A stretch of 59,356 nt of DNA, the filler included. It is 5 parts of 5 records of this genome, joined end to end, with 100 filler letters (N's around TTAATTAATTAA, not from the genome) between each part and the next. Parts side by side here need not be neighbours in the genome. Positions count along the whole stretch, not along the records: positions 52,716 to 59,356 come from DRR723986_9081; 4 more parts are not named here. The stretch is one strand, 5' to 3'. Under the pieces are notes generated by a model. It was not told where the DNA came from, made no database searches, and worked only from the letters and a program-made list of their open reading frames with translations. The translations under genes were made by a program, and so were the position numbers. This document shows positions 58,915 through 59,356 of the stretch, piece after piece. How positions within the stretch are numbered: position 1 is the stretch's first letter; each line of letters begins with the position of its first letter.

Positions 58915-59356
58915 TCAATTGTGCGTAATCTCGGGGCTGGCGACATGCCCGGAATCAATCGAGGACAGGTAGGCCGTTAGATCCGTCGAGCTATCCAGAC
59001 CAATTTTCTTGCGAATCCGGTAGCGGTAACTTTCAATGCTGCGCGGTGCAATCGCAGCAATACGGCAAATGTCTTTGGCTGTCAGTTTAAGGTGCATCAA
59101 GGCACAGATTCGAATATCGTTAACGGTTAACTTGGGATATAACTTCGCAATATTCTCCATGAAGGAAGGATAGAGCAGTTTAAAACCTTCTTCAAACGTT
59201 TGCCAGCTGTAATTGTCCGCCAAGTGAATTTCCAGATTGCGGTTGAGATCCTGCAGAATGGCAGCCGAATGCTCGGCATCACTTGCGCGCGCCTCTTGCA
59301 CCGATTGATTAATCGACTGAAGTAGTTCGTTTTTTTGCGAGATATGCAAAGCCTTG
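58915..59356 (-). CDS. LuxR-type HTH regulator, C-terminal part (5' end outside the window)
   Basis: WQTFEEGF...YPKLTVNDIRICALMHLKLTAKDI...SIESYRYRIRKKIGL, typical of FCB-group sensor-LuxR proteins. Confidence 0.8.
   Translation of the reverse strand, partial: KALHISQKNELLQSINQSVQEARASDAEHSAAILQDLNRNLEIHLADNYSWQTFEEGFKLLYPSFMENIAKLYPKLTVNDIRICALMHLKLTAKDICRIAAIAPRSIESYRYRIRKKIGLDSSTDLTAYLSSIDSGHVASPEITHN

Overview
The window is not one locus. It joins five unrelated contigs with artificial 100-nt spacers (N44-TTAATTAATTAA-N44 at 6450-6549, 36525-36624, 42666-42765, 52616-52715). Taxon labels below are inferred from gene content and style. (1) 1-6449, alphaproteobacterial-like: a Fe-siderophore ABC importer, a candidate RirA/IRO box, an NRPS condensation-domain ORF with a degenerate active site that the ORF track missed, and a divergent NtaA/SnaA-family monooxygenase. 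(2) 6550-36524, planctomycete-like: housekeeping genes (uvrB, secDF, yajC, fabI, ACP, folD, tRNA-Leu, rpiB), an MMPL transporter, an ABC/TPR-like three-gene module and the main candidate system. That candidate is a compact four-gene operon (18678-23778) of three WXG100-like helical proteins, two with W-x-D in place of W-x-G, plus a membrane-anchored EssC/EccC-like FtsK ATPase. It resembles a minimal type VII secretion-like system in a diderm, with none of the usual accessory membrane genes nearby. (3) 36625-42665, Marinobacter-like: a sigma54-controlled TRAP transporter, 3-hydroxybutyrate dehydrogenase and acetoacetyl-CoA synthetase operon with readable promoter and enhancer sites. (4) 42766-52615, Marinobacter-like: ntrBC convergent with the distal MSHA pilus operon, whose MshQ carries a lectin-like domain. 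(5) 52716-59356, FCB-group-like: a 1864-aa FG-GAP/beta-propeller surface protein with a T9SS-like C-terminus, downstream of a LuxR-type regulator. All calls come from motif recognition only; no searches were run.
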